A DNA stretch of 62,904 nucleotides, the filler included, from Hausera hauseri (Eukaryota): the NCBI GenBank assembly GCA_046269625.1. It is 11 parts of 11 records of this genome, joined end to end, with 100 filler letters (N's around TTAATTAATTAA, not from the genome) between each part and the next. Parts side by side here need not be neighbours in the genome. Positions count along the whole stretch, not along the records: positions 22,118 to 26,669 come from JBJURY010531121.1; positions 26,770 to 34,692 come from JBJURY010873181.1; positions 34,793 to 41,110 come from JBJURY010113987.1; 8 more parts are not named here. The stretch is one strand, 5' to 3'. Position numbers and translations under genes: made by a program. The notes beneath the pieces were generated by a model. The model saw only the letters and a program-made list of their open reading frames with translations. It did not search any database and had not been told where the DNA came from. Below, piece by piece: positions 25,574-37,789 of the stretch. The first letter of the stretch is position 1; every line of letters starts with the position of its first letter.

Positions 25574-26769
25574 TCAGACCACGATACGGAACAGACGTAA
25601 TTGATGAATATTATAATTGATACAAATTTAATTAAAAAATATGCGGTAACCCAACAAAAGTTGTGAACAGTGTACTTGAAAAACTTAAATTCAACTACGG
25701 TTACCAATTAAAATATTTAATGATATTCAAGTGAACAGACAAGAGAAGCTAACAATAATTTATTGTTGCTTCATGAAAATGAATGTAACAAACATAAATA
25801 TACATAAGGGAATGCCAGTTAGTACTTAGTAATACCTCCACGAGCTTTAATACATTTTTACAAGCGTAAGCGTATTGACACCGCAAGGGTTTCAAAATAG
25901 TCCATATGTACACGATTTCTCTATGTTCTCATGATTTCAGTCTGTAGAGATATAGCATCGTGTATGATTTTTCGATTATGACCGTATTTTAGATGAGGCT
26001 TTGCGTTTTCAGTTGGTTTCAGGTCAGCTAATTCACTGAGGCAATTAAGAACTTGAGTAGTATAGAAATTTGGGTTCTGCATCACCCCCCCCCCCAATGC
26101 AGCCAATATGAAGCGTGCTTGATGCGCAAACAGGCACTGGCTGGGTAGAATCGGTGACGGAGATTTCTAAAAATACACCATCGAAAGTGTACGATGCACT
26201 CCGGAAGAACGGGAAGTGCACGAAAAAAGTGGATGTTAAAAGGAAATAGTGCACGGTCATGTGTGGCGCGTGGAAATGAAGGGGCAGCAATGGCGCATCG
26301 AAAGCCGAAGGAACGACGTCGATGGGATGCAGCGCAGAAGCAAGGAGCGAGGACAAAAAAGTGAGCCAGGACCGACATATGGTTTATAAGGAAATGGAAA
26401 ACGTTATCGGTGAGTCGGCACCGGTTCCGTAACAATTGGATGATGAGTAGCCGAACGGTACCGGAAAGAAAAGTGCACGATGCACCGATGACGTCATAGA
26501 CGCCCATGTGTGTGCACTAATGAAGGAATCCCGTGTCGAATTTATGTTTCATGGATGTATTCGTCACGCACAGACAGACATAAAAATATAAGAGGCACAA
26601 GAAAAAGTAAATGTAAGCAATATGATTTCAACAATAAATTATCGTGGTTATATACGTGGAACAGTTGAANNNNNNNNNNNNNNNNNNNNNNNNNNNNNNN
26701 NNNNNNNNNNNNNTTAATTAATTAANNNNNNNNNNNNNNNNNNNNNNNNNNNNNNNNNNNNNNNNNNNN

Positions 26770-27395
26770 CCATTTGTTGCATATATTGTTCGATTCTGGC
26801 CTTATGTTCTGCGTATTCGTTTAACTTCCTGCGATTTTCTCCTATTTCTCTGTTTGATACGTTAATCGCCGAAATGCTTCGCTCTAAGACATGTTTCATC
26901 ACTTCTATATTCCCATTAATCATGAGGATACTATGCTTCACATTTTGAATTTCCGAACAGTGTGTCGAGTATCTCGCCTATAAATGGTACGATCGCTCGT
27001 TTTTCTCTTCTTTTACTGATCCATTTTAGCCTTTCCTTGTTGCTTTGAATTTCACCTTGCCATTATTTAAATTCATTCTCTGCTTCGATTATTATTCTTT
27101 GGAAGTACGTTGCGTTGACTAAGTTCTCATTTCGTTGGCTGTTGTATAGTAACGTTCTCGCTTTCATTAACTGTTTCTCTACGTTTCTTATGTGTTCTTG
27201 GAAGGTTGTTAGGGATTGTATGATAACTAGCTTCCAGTGGGCTTTTACTTGCTGTATTTCTTTAACCTTCATAAATACAGTACCTTGACTTTGGAAGATG
27301 TCTTCCTTAGCTTGCGTCCTGACGACGATCATGCAGTTTGTGATGCCTATCAACTGATAGGCTTCCATCGTTTCTGTGGAGGTATATGTTCTCAA
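26770..27395 (-). pseudogene. Class I (baculovirus-F/errantivirus-like) envelope, N-terminal part
   Basis: Signal-like YQLIGITNCMIVVRTQA; GTVFMKV...HWKLVI; furin site plus fusion peptide RREKR|AIVPFIGEILDTLFG at ~26950-27012; heptad region after it. Confidence 0.8.
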
Positions 27396-28599
27396 TATTA
27401 TTACTTCACGTTTAATACTTGTATCAACAATTTCATAAAATTTTCCGCCTTTTCTTCCCCTTGGTTTATTTCCGTAACTTCATTCGTTTTCCTTTTGCTT
27501 TGCGTTTCAACTTCTGTTATCGTTTTTGGTCTACGTATATCTCGATTCTTATATGCTTTGGCAGCAGTTTGCTTTTTCGTTCCTTCTGGGTCGTCTCCTT
27601 TGCTGACTATTTCGGCTAGCTGTTTCCTTAGCTTGGTTATTGTTTCTGTTTTCTCTGCATTTGTGCCTTCAAGTTCCGTCGAATGGTTTCTCATTTCTCG
27701 TATCGTTTCTTCTTTTTTCTCGCATCTTAGTTTGAAGTTCAGTTACTTCTGCTTCTACTTTTCTTTTGGTTTCGGTTAATTTTTCAACAATATCTCGTTT
27801 GTCTTTCATTTCCTTATCCCTCTTACCTACCATTATGCGTGTTTCTTCTATACTTGCTTCTACTCGTGGTCTTTCTCTTTCTTGTTTCTTCCTAACTTCT
27901 TCTGCTCTCTTCCGGTATTTGCTTCGTAAAGCTGCTTTCCTTTTTATTTTCCTCAGCAGTTCGTCTTCTGTAGACGTACTTGAATCTCATAATCTTCGAA
28001 CCATCTGATTCATTTCAGACACTTATGTTTCTGTATCGTCGACTAGTGTGTTGGAGCTGCTATTGTCCGCTTCATCTTCTTGTAGTGGTTCGCTTTGTGT
28101 TTCTTCATTGGTTCTTTCTTCTTCCTGTGCTAGTCTTCTTTCTCTGTCTTGGAGTCGTCGTTTCCTTTCTAGTAGCAGGAGGTCACTATCTTTGGATGAA
28201 CTGCTTAACATCGTTCTCCATCGCTTCAATTGTTGTGCTCTCGCTTCTTCAAATCTTTGTCTGGCTGTGGCGCGTGTGTTTTGATATGGTGCTGTGGCAT
28301 CTGTTTCTACCCTCTGTTTTTGTTGATGTTCTCGTTGGTAGCGATAGTGCGATTTCGTATCTCCTGTCACTTTTTTCTTCTGACATTTCTTCACTGCTGG
28401 TACTCTCTTCTGTTGATGTTTCAGTGCTACTTTCGTCTTTCAGTGGTACCACATATCGTGACTTCCTTATTTTGTTCTTAAGCTCAGATTTTGGTTCTTT
28501 GAACAATTTGCTATCGTCTTTCCGTAATTGACTTGTCGTAACTGTAGCCTCATGGTTTTCTTTTTGGTTGACTATCACGTACGTCGTCGGACCTCTTTT

Positions 28600-29560
28600 T
28601 TCGATTATCCGATATCCGGGTAGCCAATTATTTTCTAATTTGGAGCTTTTCCTGTGCTTCCTATAGTAGACCCTATCTCCGATTTCGAAGTCCTGTTGAA
28701 CTGTTTTTGGGTCACTGTACTATTTTCTTTCTGGAAGGCTGTTTTCAAATTCCTGCTGACTTTTACTGTAATTTCATGCAGCTTTTGCAACAAGCATCTG
28801 TGCAATTCTTCGCCCTGGTATCGAAGCCTTAGTTTGAGTAAATTGTCAATAGGTAGCGTCGGCTCTCTGCCAAACAGCATTTCATATGGGGAGAATTTTC
28901 TGCTCCCATTCTCCATCACTCGAATCACCATTGCAGCTTGACTTAAATATAGATCCAATTCTTTCGGCTGGTCTTGGGCGTAATTAGCTATTACATCGTA
29001 TATTGTCGAGTGTTGCCTTTCATTAATACCATTGGCTCCTGGGTTATATACCGCTGTTTGCACATGTTTAATGTTTAATTCCTTCACTGTGTCACACATT
29101 GCCTTGTTAATAAATTCTCTCCCGTTATCGGTGATGATTATCTTCGGACATCCATATCGGGGTATGAATTTTTCTAGTGGAATATCGATTATTTTTTCTG
29201 CCGATTTGTCGGGCATGGCATATAACTCTGGCTAACCCCTATATACATCGACTATGTGTAGTATATGTTTATTACACGACGCAGTCAGCGGGTGTGGTCC
29301 TGACAAATCTAGACTTATTTTCTAAATTGGGTAGTTTGCATAGTCTGGTTGTTGAAGAGGGTGTTTCAGCACTTCCATCTTTCTTAACTTGCGGCCTTCG
29401 CAGTTCTTTACATAATTCCCGATTTCTTGTATCGTATTTTTCCAATAATATTATCGACTGATCAGTTCCATTATTCTGTCTCTGCTAAATGTCCCAGTTG
29501 ATAGTGGTACTGCAGTAATACCGTATATTTCAGCTTTTGGGGTATACATAGTTGGAAATT
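28600..29560 (-). pseudogene. Integrase (HHCC remnant, DDE core, GPY/F region)
   Basis: YHYQLGH; IPRYGCPKIIITDNGREF; TAVYNPGANGINERQH; FSPYEMLFGREP. Confidence 0.92.
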
Positions 29561-29794
29561 TCTCTTCTCTCCTCCTCCCACTCGATATAATTCTCCGTCG
29601 TCCAATATGAACTTTTTTCTCTTTTTCTGTTTTTCGGTTATCCCCGATTGTTGGTCTTCTATGATGTGTTTCAACTCTTCGTCTCGCTGTTGTTCGGCTT
29701 GTATTTCTAGTTTGTTTTCTTCTATTTCACTGCCGCCTATTTCCGATTCTTGGCTTTCATGCTGGCTCATTTTTACTGGATCGACCGCCAATAT

Positions 29795-30352
29795 TTACAT
29801 AGCATGGTCGTCTACTTCCGGCGTTCCCGCTTCTATTTCTTTTCTCTGGTCTACTTCATTGTTGCTTTTATCTGGGATGCGTGATAACAAATCTGCGATT
29901 GTGTTTTCTGGGCCTGGTATGTATTCGATGTTCATGTTATACCCTTGCAGGCTTATTATCCATGGCTGAATTCTTTTATTCTGGATGTCTGCTCTTAGCA
30001 TTGCCTTTAGCGGCATATAGTCGGTCTTGATGGTAAATTTGCTGTTGTATAGATAAAAGTTCAGTTTTTGCAAGGCGTAGTGAATTGCGTAGGCTTCCTT
30101 CTCAGTCACTGACAATTTCCTCTGGGATTTCGTTAACCTATGAGATAAGAAATATATCGGTTTCTCTCCAGGTACTTCTTTGCCTTTGATGATTTCTCTG
30201 CCGTCTTCTTGAGCTAATATGGCTCCTACGGCGTATTCGGATGCGTCCGTGTACAAAAATATTCCTTGTTGACGTTTGGGTAGGTCAACAGTGGTACTAT
30301 AGTCAAGCTTTCCTGCAGATATTCGAAGGCTTTTTGACAGTTTTCCTCCCAT
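29795..30352 (-). pseudogene. RNase H
   Basis: LYTDASEYAVGAILAQ; SVTEKEAYAI; FTIKTDYMPL; NTIADLLSR. Confidence 0.92.
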
Positions 30353-31318
30353 CGGAACCTTGCGAATTTTCCCGTTAACGCCACTAACGGTTCTGCTATT
30401 ACCGAGAAGTTGGGAATGAATCTACGGTAATACCCGCACGTTCCCAGGAATCTTCTAACTTCCTTCAGCGTTTTTGGTGCTGCCATCGATCGTATCGCTA
30501 TCACCTTTTCTTTGTCTAGCTGCACCCCTTGTCTGTTGATTATGAATCCTAGGTATTTCCTTTCTTCTTTTAAAAATTCGCACTTACTTAGTTTGAGTTT
30601 TACGTTATGTTCTCTCAGTATGTCAAACACCTTCTCTACATGTTCTAAGTGATCTTCGACGTCTTCCTTTGTAAAGATCAAGATGTCATCTATGTAGGCG
30701 AGCGCGTACTGTTGCATGCCTTCTAAAACTATATTCATTAGTGACATATAGGTCGCTGGGGATCCTTTCAACCCGAACGGCATGACGTTCCAGGCATACA
30801 CTCCAGTATGCGTGCAGAACGCACTCTTCATCTTCGCGTCTGGTGACATCGGAATACACCAGAATCCGGACCTCGCATCTAATGTGGTGAAGTAAGTGGT
30901 CAAGTCTAGCACTCCTAGGATGTCATCGATTAAGGGCATCGGGTAACTTATATTAGCTGTTATAGCGTTTAGTGCCCTATAGTTGACACAAAATCTATGA
31001 CTTCCGTCTTTTTTTGTTAAAGACAACTATCGGCGATGACCATTCTGATCTGGTCCTTTCGATTATCCCAGCCTGCAGCATGTCTTTCTCCACGATTTCT
31101 CGGTTCCCGAGCGGCGTTCGGTATGGCTTTAGACTAATCGGTGTGTGGTTGGTGGTGTCAATACTCATTGCGACCATCTGCGTTCTTCCCAATTCCATTT
31201 CCGATAGTGCAAATACGTCTGGGTGTTTCCTAACAAACTTCTCTATTCTTTCTCTGTGTGTTGGTTCTACTTTTATTGTTTCTAGTAGTTTCCTGGTTCT
31301 TTCATCATCCCTTGTCAC
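30226..31318 (-). pseudogene. Reverse transcriptase (Ty3/gypsy)
   Basis: KPYRTP; SEWSSPIV; RFCVNYRALN; LDARSGFW; MPFGL; YIDD; RRFLGTCGYYRRFI. Confidence 0.95.
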
Positions 31319-31372
31319 TTCCGGTATCGTTTTGGCTTTGGTTCCATTTCCACACTCAATCTCTGATTTCTT

Positions 31373-32125
31373 TTAACACTTTGTCTCTGGGTGTTCTTCT
31401 TTGTTTCTCCCTTCTGCTTCTACACTTATTCGTGTTTCTAGTTTCTTTTCTCTTCGGTTTCTTCTCGTGTTTCTAGTGATTGTTTCACATTTCGTCATCT
31501 GCGGCTTCTCTACTTTCGCTATAATACAACCTTTTTGCAAGGTGATTGTCTTTCCAGTGTGATTCGCCACCATTACCGGTATTTCTTTTCTCCTGTTTAA
31601 CCTCACTAATCCGCATATAGTTTGTAGTCCGGGTTCATCAATTATGTCTTTTTCTTCTAACATTGTTATCAGTATGCTCTCCCCTTCTTCCCAATATTGG
31701 TTTCCCTTCATTGCAGCTATCACTATGTTCAACGAATTCGGTTTCATAGTAATTTTTTGCTTTAACCGTATAATTGAGGCTATATGGATGTCATCTTCTA
31801 GGTCTACATATTCATCTTCTATCCTTATCTTTTTCATGTCAAAATAAATATGGGCATTGTTCTTTTTCAAAAAGTCTCTACCTATAATTGTGCTCCGGCA
31901 CATGTTTTTGATTAGCAAGAAATGGTGTCTCATCGTTTTCTTGCCAATCCTAAACTCTAACTGTGTTTTCCCTAGTACTTTCAATTCGCTCCCTGATACC
32001 GATCTTAGGTTGATGTCCTGTCTCACTAGTCTGCTTGGTTTTCTCGGCATTTTATATACCCTTTTGCTTATGATGCTCACTTGTGCGCCTGTGTCTATGA
32101 GACATCTCGCTCTGATATGATGCAC
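31373..32125 (-). pseudogene. Aspartic protease followed by degenerate dUTPase-like spacer
   Basis: CLIDTGAQVSII...IIGRDFL; then IPVMVANHTGKTITLQKGCIIAKV. Confidence 0.9.
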
Positions 32126-32854
32126 GAGCTTGGGTTCTCTGTGTAGTTGATTTCGTATCTTTTCCTTGATTTCTCCCTTACTTTGTTGTTGTCGTTTCCG
32201 TTTCTAGTTGATGTTCATGGTTGTTTCCCTATTGTGGCTGTTTCTTTCCGTCGTTTGGGACAGTGTCGTTGTTCTTTGGCTTTTGGTGTGTGGGTGTTAA
32301 CTTCGTTCTTGTGTTCGGGAATGGGGTGGACTTGCTTTTGGGGTTTGGGCTTTGGTTCTTTTACTACATATCTCTTTTTCTTGGCTTCGTCTATTTCCAT
32401 TGGTACTGGTTCTTGTTTTTGCTGCTGGCTGTTGTTCCGATTTCGGTGTTGCTGCGTATATTGGTTAATCGTTCTTCTTACGTTTTGCTGATATTCTTGT
32501 TTGGTTCTCAACCAGTGCCTATCATTTCTTGTGCTCGAGTTTCGTTTAATCGTTTTTCTATCTTCTCGTTTCGAAATTTGTTCTATATCTATCTTGGTTC
32601 GTAATTTTTCTTCGGCCGCTTCGTTGCCAAATTCTTGTTCTAGGATTTATTTAACTTGGGTTTCTTTTTCTTATAAATCGTGTTTCGTATCTAGTTCTTT
32701 TTCTCGGTGGTGTGGTGTTCGTTCTTATATCTTTTCCGACTATACTGTCTTGTGTTAGGTTGTCGAGTCCTTACCGTTCTCCTGCTTTGTGTGTAGTCTC
32801 GTTTTCCGTTTCTACTGTTGGTTGCTTCCTTTTGCTCCCTGCTATGTCGGACGC

Positions 32855-33617
32855 TCAGTTCAAAGCAGGGTTTCCGTTTCCCTGTTGTGTCTGATTTCTG
32901 CTGTTTCTTCGCTCATGTGTTTCACTTGACCTGCACACTCTGGCAAAGTGCCCTTCTTTGCCGCTTTTATAGAACTTTCTCCCATCTCCTACGTTCGGTC
33001 TAGTGGCGATCGGCTCTACTGGTTTGCTTCTGCATTCCCTTGCTATGTGATTCACTCTGCCGCACTTGAAGCACTGTATTCTCCTTTCTACTTCCTATCT
33101 TCAAAACTTCTTCCACTATACTTTTCGTGTTCGTGGAACTTTCTGTGCCATCTTGGTCTGTACTGGTCTACCTCCATTTGTTCTTCTCCCTTGTCGTCGT
33201 ATTTTTCTCTACCTAAACTCATGTTTACTCGGTTACTGAAGTTCTCTTCTTCCACTGCCGTTTGAATGGCTGCCTGTATTGTTTTTGGCTCGTCTTTCAT
33301 TAACTTGATCTTGATTCTTGTGTTTCTCAGCCCATCTGTAAATACCGGGATTAACAGCTTTCCTATCTCCTCTGTCATAATATTCTGTCCGGCATATGCC
33401 TCTTCTGCCATGTTTAGCATCCGGGGCTGTAGAGTTGTACCGCTTCTTCTCGCTCTTGTTTGATCTTTCTAAGTGCTGTCACAGCATAGTGCATGTCGCT
33501 GACTTTAGCGTATCTATTGGCCAGTGTTTTCTTAAACTCGTCCCATGTTTCTTCTGGGTGGGAACTAAATTTTGTCGAGGAATGGCTGCTTTGTAAACTA
33601 CTGGTTGCAACAAACAA
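32855..33617 (-). pseudogene. Gag with two CCHC-type knuckles
   Basis: WDEFKKTLANRY; KIKQEREEAVQLY; FTDGLRN; QMEVD; CFKCGRVNHIAREC and degenerate FYKSGKEGHFARVC. Confidence 0.88.
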
Positions 33618-34137
33618 TAGTCTGCGATATACAACACGCTCAATCTAGTCCTTCTTGTCTCGAACTATAGCCGTCTAATATTTCGCTTCGCCACGTTGGT
33701 TCTACACAAATGCCGTGTATCTAATATTTTACTTTCAATGTATCCTGTTAATCGTGTGGTCGTTTGGCCAATCGCCGATATTTAATGACTCACACACCCA
33801 AGGTTCATAACTGCTGTATAGATCATACTAATTCCGTTAAGGTTCATTGTCACTTTGTTCAACTAAGTACTTAATCCGACACACTACTTACTGTTTATAC
33901 GACCGTCACCTCCAAATAGCGCTGATGCCGGTGTTCCTAGGTGGCTTTGGTGGCTCCAACCGCCGAAAGACGTTGTATAGCTTCTGTTCGTTGGCACACA
34001 TGAACGTACTTCGATAATCTGCTCACTTCTCACACACGTTGGTTATACTCTACGATGTCAGCCCGGAAAGTGGACTCACGACGCTGCTATCTACGTAGAT
34101 ACAACCGTAAACTCAATCAACCTTGAGACTGATTATC

Positions 34138-34292
34138 GACGGACACACAGTCCCATAATTCGACGGACACACAGTCCCATTATACGTTGATTCTCATTTA
34201 CGTTTTGACAAAATCTTCACAGTTCAGCTGATTTTAACTCAGTGGTATCGGCGGACACACAGTCCCATTTAACGACGGACACACAGTCCCAT
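34138..34292. repeat. Four copies of 19-bp GACGGACACACAGTCCCAT in the retroelement leader
   Basis: Copies at 34138-34156, 34162-34180, 34250-34268 (1 mismatch), 34274-34292. Confidence 0.9.
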
Positions 34293-36171
34293 TTACCACT
34301 ATATCGAGGAATGCGTTTTACCAAGGCCAAACGGCTGAGCAGGCTGGTTAATAAATGCTGCTCACAACGGTCAAGATGCTGTGCCTCGAGCGAGCAAACG
34401 TTCCTGACTTCTTACCGTCACAAATGTTGCGGTTGCTAGGACTGCCTTGCTTATATAGCCTTTCGTTGCTATTCCGCGACGTTCTCCTTCGTTCTCTGAC
34501 GTTCTTGTGCTTCGGTTGTTGCTACACAAGCAACGTTCCTTGTTCTTTAACCAATCAGATTTATTTCCTGTCGAATGTTCCAATAATTCTTGCTTTCCTG
34601 TTTAGGACGTAATTTTCGATCTCCTTCTTCCCGTTTCTCGAACGCGCCATATTTTGCGTTCGCACAATTTGCGTTACACAACTTTGCGTTCANNNNNNNN
34701 NNNNNNNNNNNNNNNNNNNNNNNNNNNNNNNNNNNNTTAATTAATTAANNNNNNNNNNNNNNNNNNNNNNNNNNNNNNNNNNNNNNNNNNNNTGAAGCTA
34801 CTGAAAGTGAGTACAATTCTGGGTGTTTACTCTTGTGTATTGCTGCTAATATTTAAGGCCAAAAACCTTAATTCTGTGCTGACATGTGGTTGTTGTGTAG
34901 GATCAGATTTTCTTGTAACTATGCAACACACAACATGCAGTGAAGTGAGTTATAATCCTGATGTTTGTTTTATTGATTACAAATACATAAATGAAAGTTA
35001 ATGTTTTCATTGTGTATGAGATAAGCATTTTTTATCAGCCAGACATGAATATATAAATGCGATTAATAAAAGCGAATAAAAGATGCATAGCCTTTTACCA
35101 TGAAAGTGATTACCACAGATTTTATCTGAAGTATTTTAATTTCACAGTTGGAAATACACTGATATTAGAATTTTCTACACTTTGCATTAACTACTTTTCT
35201 GCATGAATAATTATGATGAAGTGAATCTTAAAATGGAAAGAAATATTATAGAAAAAAATACAGATATGTGTTTGTTAGACAACCAGTGATATAAGACACA
35301 TATACATTTTTTCAACAAAAGAAAACTGAAGGAGCGTGTAGTTACTGAGAGGCTACAGGAACATTTGAAACACTTCAGAAGTATGTTTTAACAGTTAAAT
35401 GTCTTCTTTATTGTTTGACCTCCAGTTTGACCTCTATTATTACGCACGACCAACTTAAATTCAAAGATTTACGTTAAAGCCCAGTAAAACATATTTGAGA
35501 AATATCCCTCCCATAGAAATCATATCTATAGAATGTATACAAATATACAGCTATACGTTGGACATACAACATTTGTGGTCGTTCCTTATAAAATGTATGT
35601 TTCCTATTGTTATTGCATTAAAAAAGTTGGTTGCGCTGCATGTGGCCCACGGGCCGTGTTTTCCCCAGATTCTGCTATGCAGCATGCCAAATGTACACAC
35701 ACTGTTCTATCAAACATTCCTCCGGCTGCCTGGAACCACTATTCAGTACAATCAGAAGAGGTCTTCTATTACATGGCGCATAGGCTCCATTTGAATTTAT
35801 TTGTATAGATAAGAAAACGAAATCGATTTCCGGAGCAAATCTATGGCTTACATCGCGTCATACTACATCAATGGTATGCCAATTGTTTCCTTAATAAGAT
35901 TCTTATTTAGAGACGATCTCATCATTATGAGCATGTAGCGTGAGTTTTGTAGAACGTCGCACTCATAACATCCCGCCCAAACAACTGTCCCATACTCGCC
36001 TTTCTGGAATATTCATGTTCAGAGTTTCTTTGATGTCTTGTGTCCATCGTCTTCTTTGTCTTTCTGCTAATATTACGATAACACACAAATATAATATGCA
36101 TTACCAATATTACAATTGTTTTCTAAAAGGGAATTTAACTAAAACATCAGAGATTATTCACTCTGACTAAA

Positions 36172-37275
36172 TTACGTGGTTCTCCTTCTCACAAAAATGG
36201 CGTCAATCGTTTCTGCAAACTTTGAGCTAAATTTATAATAAACGAAGAAATTAGTGGCCGCGTTTATTACGCCAGTTAAATAAATGCAGGAAAAAAACAT
36301 CCAGACCAATTTACTATACTTCTGGGCGTAATCAAACTCGGGGATCACGCGATGAATGATGGAGCTGATCACAGATGGCATGTTGCATACCAGGAACATG
36401 GCAGAAATTAATGTCACTTGCTTGTGCACACGGAGTTCCTTGTTCTTCCGGACTCGTCTCTGTTCTTCATTCACTTGCAGTTGCCTTCCATTGTGGTGAG
36501 TCTGATGTGACGCAATCTGTCGCCTAAATATATGCATGCGTCTTCTCTTTGACGCCTGAGGAAGTAAACCCTCCCCTCCATTATAATTCACGTGTCGAAA
36601 TTCACGGGATGATGTTCCATAAACGATAACAACCAGAGACAGAAGAATTAGAATTTGGCACGCGCAGATTAAAACTGTCCTGTTGAATATTGCCAAAAAA
36701 GCATCGGCGTTTCCCCAGCCGCTCCCTACATAGAGAACCACGGTTGTCAAGTTTGTCACAGGATTCCTGTATGGCTTTAGTGAAAGTTGGTTCAACATGG
36801 GCACGTAACATCCTACACAAAAGATGCTGATAAGTCCCATGATGAATTTCGTTCTTGTCTTTCCGAAGATCCTTTTGATATGGAAAGGAAATGCCACACA
36901 ACATCCTCGTTGAACAGCAATAAATGTTTTTATGAGGACAGAAATGTCATAGATGGCGCTCAGGTAGATAGTGAACACGAAAATCAAATCAACCATGTTT
37001 ATTGGTAAATGCACGACAACCAGGCTGATGATGTTACCAACAGCAACAGCTACATCCAATACGATGAAAGAAAGGTCAGTTAGCGATAAAACGAAGAAAC
37101 ACACAGCGACACTGTCTTGTAGACCACTGGCACAATACGTGAAGATGTTCAGGCAGTTGGTGATGAACCCAAGTATGCAGGCGACAATAAAGAAAAACAA
37201 AATGGCGGTACGGAATATATGAAATATGTCATCTCTGATAATGTCATTAGGTTGGACGTAAATGTCACTTGCCAT
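36172..37275 (-). CDS. Intronless rhodopsin-family GPCR, chemosensory-receptor-like
   Basis: Intact 367-aa ORF with seven hydrophobic segments; GFITNCLN (TM1), LSLTDL (TM2), IAVQRGCCVAFP (DRY equivalent), FLVCNMP (TM6), NAATNFFVY (NPxxY equivalent). Confidence 0.92.
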   Translation of the reverse strand: MASDIYVQPNDIIRDDIFHIFRTAILFFFIVACILGFITNCLNIFTYCASGLQDSVAVCFFVLSLTDLSFIVLDVAVAVGNIISLVVVHLPINMVDLIFVFTIYLSAIYDISVLIKTFIAVQRGCCVAFPFHIKRIFGKTRTKFIMGLISIFCVGCYVPMLNQLSLKPYRNPVTNLTTVVLYVGSGWGNADAFLAIFNRTVLICACQILILLSLVVIVYGTSSREFRHVNYNGGEGLLPQASKRRRMHIFRRQIASHQTHHNGRQLQVNEEQRRVRKNKELRVHKQVTLISAMFLVCNMPSVISSIIHRVIPEFDYAQKYSKLVWMFFSCIYLTGVINAATNFFVYYKFSSKFAETIDAIFVRRRTT

Positions 37276-37454
37276 GCTGTGGGAAGGGTGTGGAATGATT
37301 GAAGTTACCTGATGTAATAAAATTGTCTTGTTCCGTGGTAAGATGGTGTGATGATATCTTTAAAGAACAAACTGTCTTCTAGACACTGGTTTCCTGTTCC
37401 GTGGTAAGATAACCAGATGATATGTTTGATACAAAAAATCAGATTTATAAGTTG

Positions 37455-37789
37455 TCTGGTTTCTTTTCTCAGTGGTCTCGAAGTACGATGTCCGCCTCGA
37501 GTGATAGAGGTACGGGGTTCAAATCCGGGTCGAAGCACTTGGGATCTTTTATCCTGGATCTTCTAGTAATAAATTCAGTTGATCACTGGGTAGTGAGATA
37601 GGACGTTCGTGTACATTGTCGTGCACGTTAAAAATCCCTTTGCCAGTTCGAAATCGAAAAAGACTAGGCCTAACGGCCGCTGTCTTGACAAAATTCTAGG
37701 AAAAATCTACACTCAGGGCAGAAATATAAAAAGGCATTACTGCTTATTTCTTTAACCTGACATAATAAAGTTTCATTCATTCATTCATT
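37455..37789 (+). mobile_element. tRNA-derived SINE
   Basis: A-box remnant CTCAGTGG, B-box GGTTCAAATCC, central GTGCACGTTAAAAATCCC (Meta-domain-like), AATAAA then (TTCA)n tail; homologous to 39091-39336. Confidence 0.8.

Larger units (their letters stand above)
26770..34692 (-). mobile_element. Near-complete Ty3/gypsy LTR retroelement with F-type env (errantivirus-like), decayed
   Basis: Leader - gag - PR - RT - RNase H - IN - charged spacer - env, all on the minus strand in canonical order. Confidence 0.92.

Noticed and set aside
27237-33596. Plus-strand hydrophobic ORFs (also 6852-7070, 9141-9440, 9831-10340)
   Set aside because: Antisense shadows of purine-rich minus-strand retroelement genes
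34138-34292. CRISPR array
   Set aside because: Spacers are 5, ~69 and 5 nt, there are no cas genes, and the context is a eukaryotic retroelement leader
37465-37540. tRNA gene (also ~39100-39165)
   Set aside because: No complete cloverleaf; both continue into a shared SINE body
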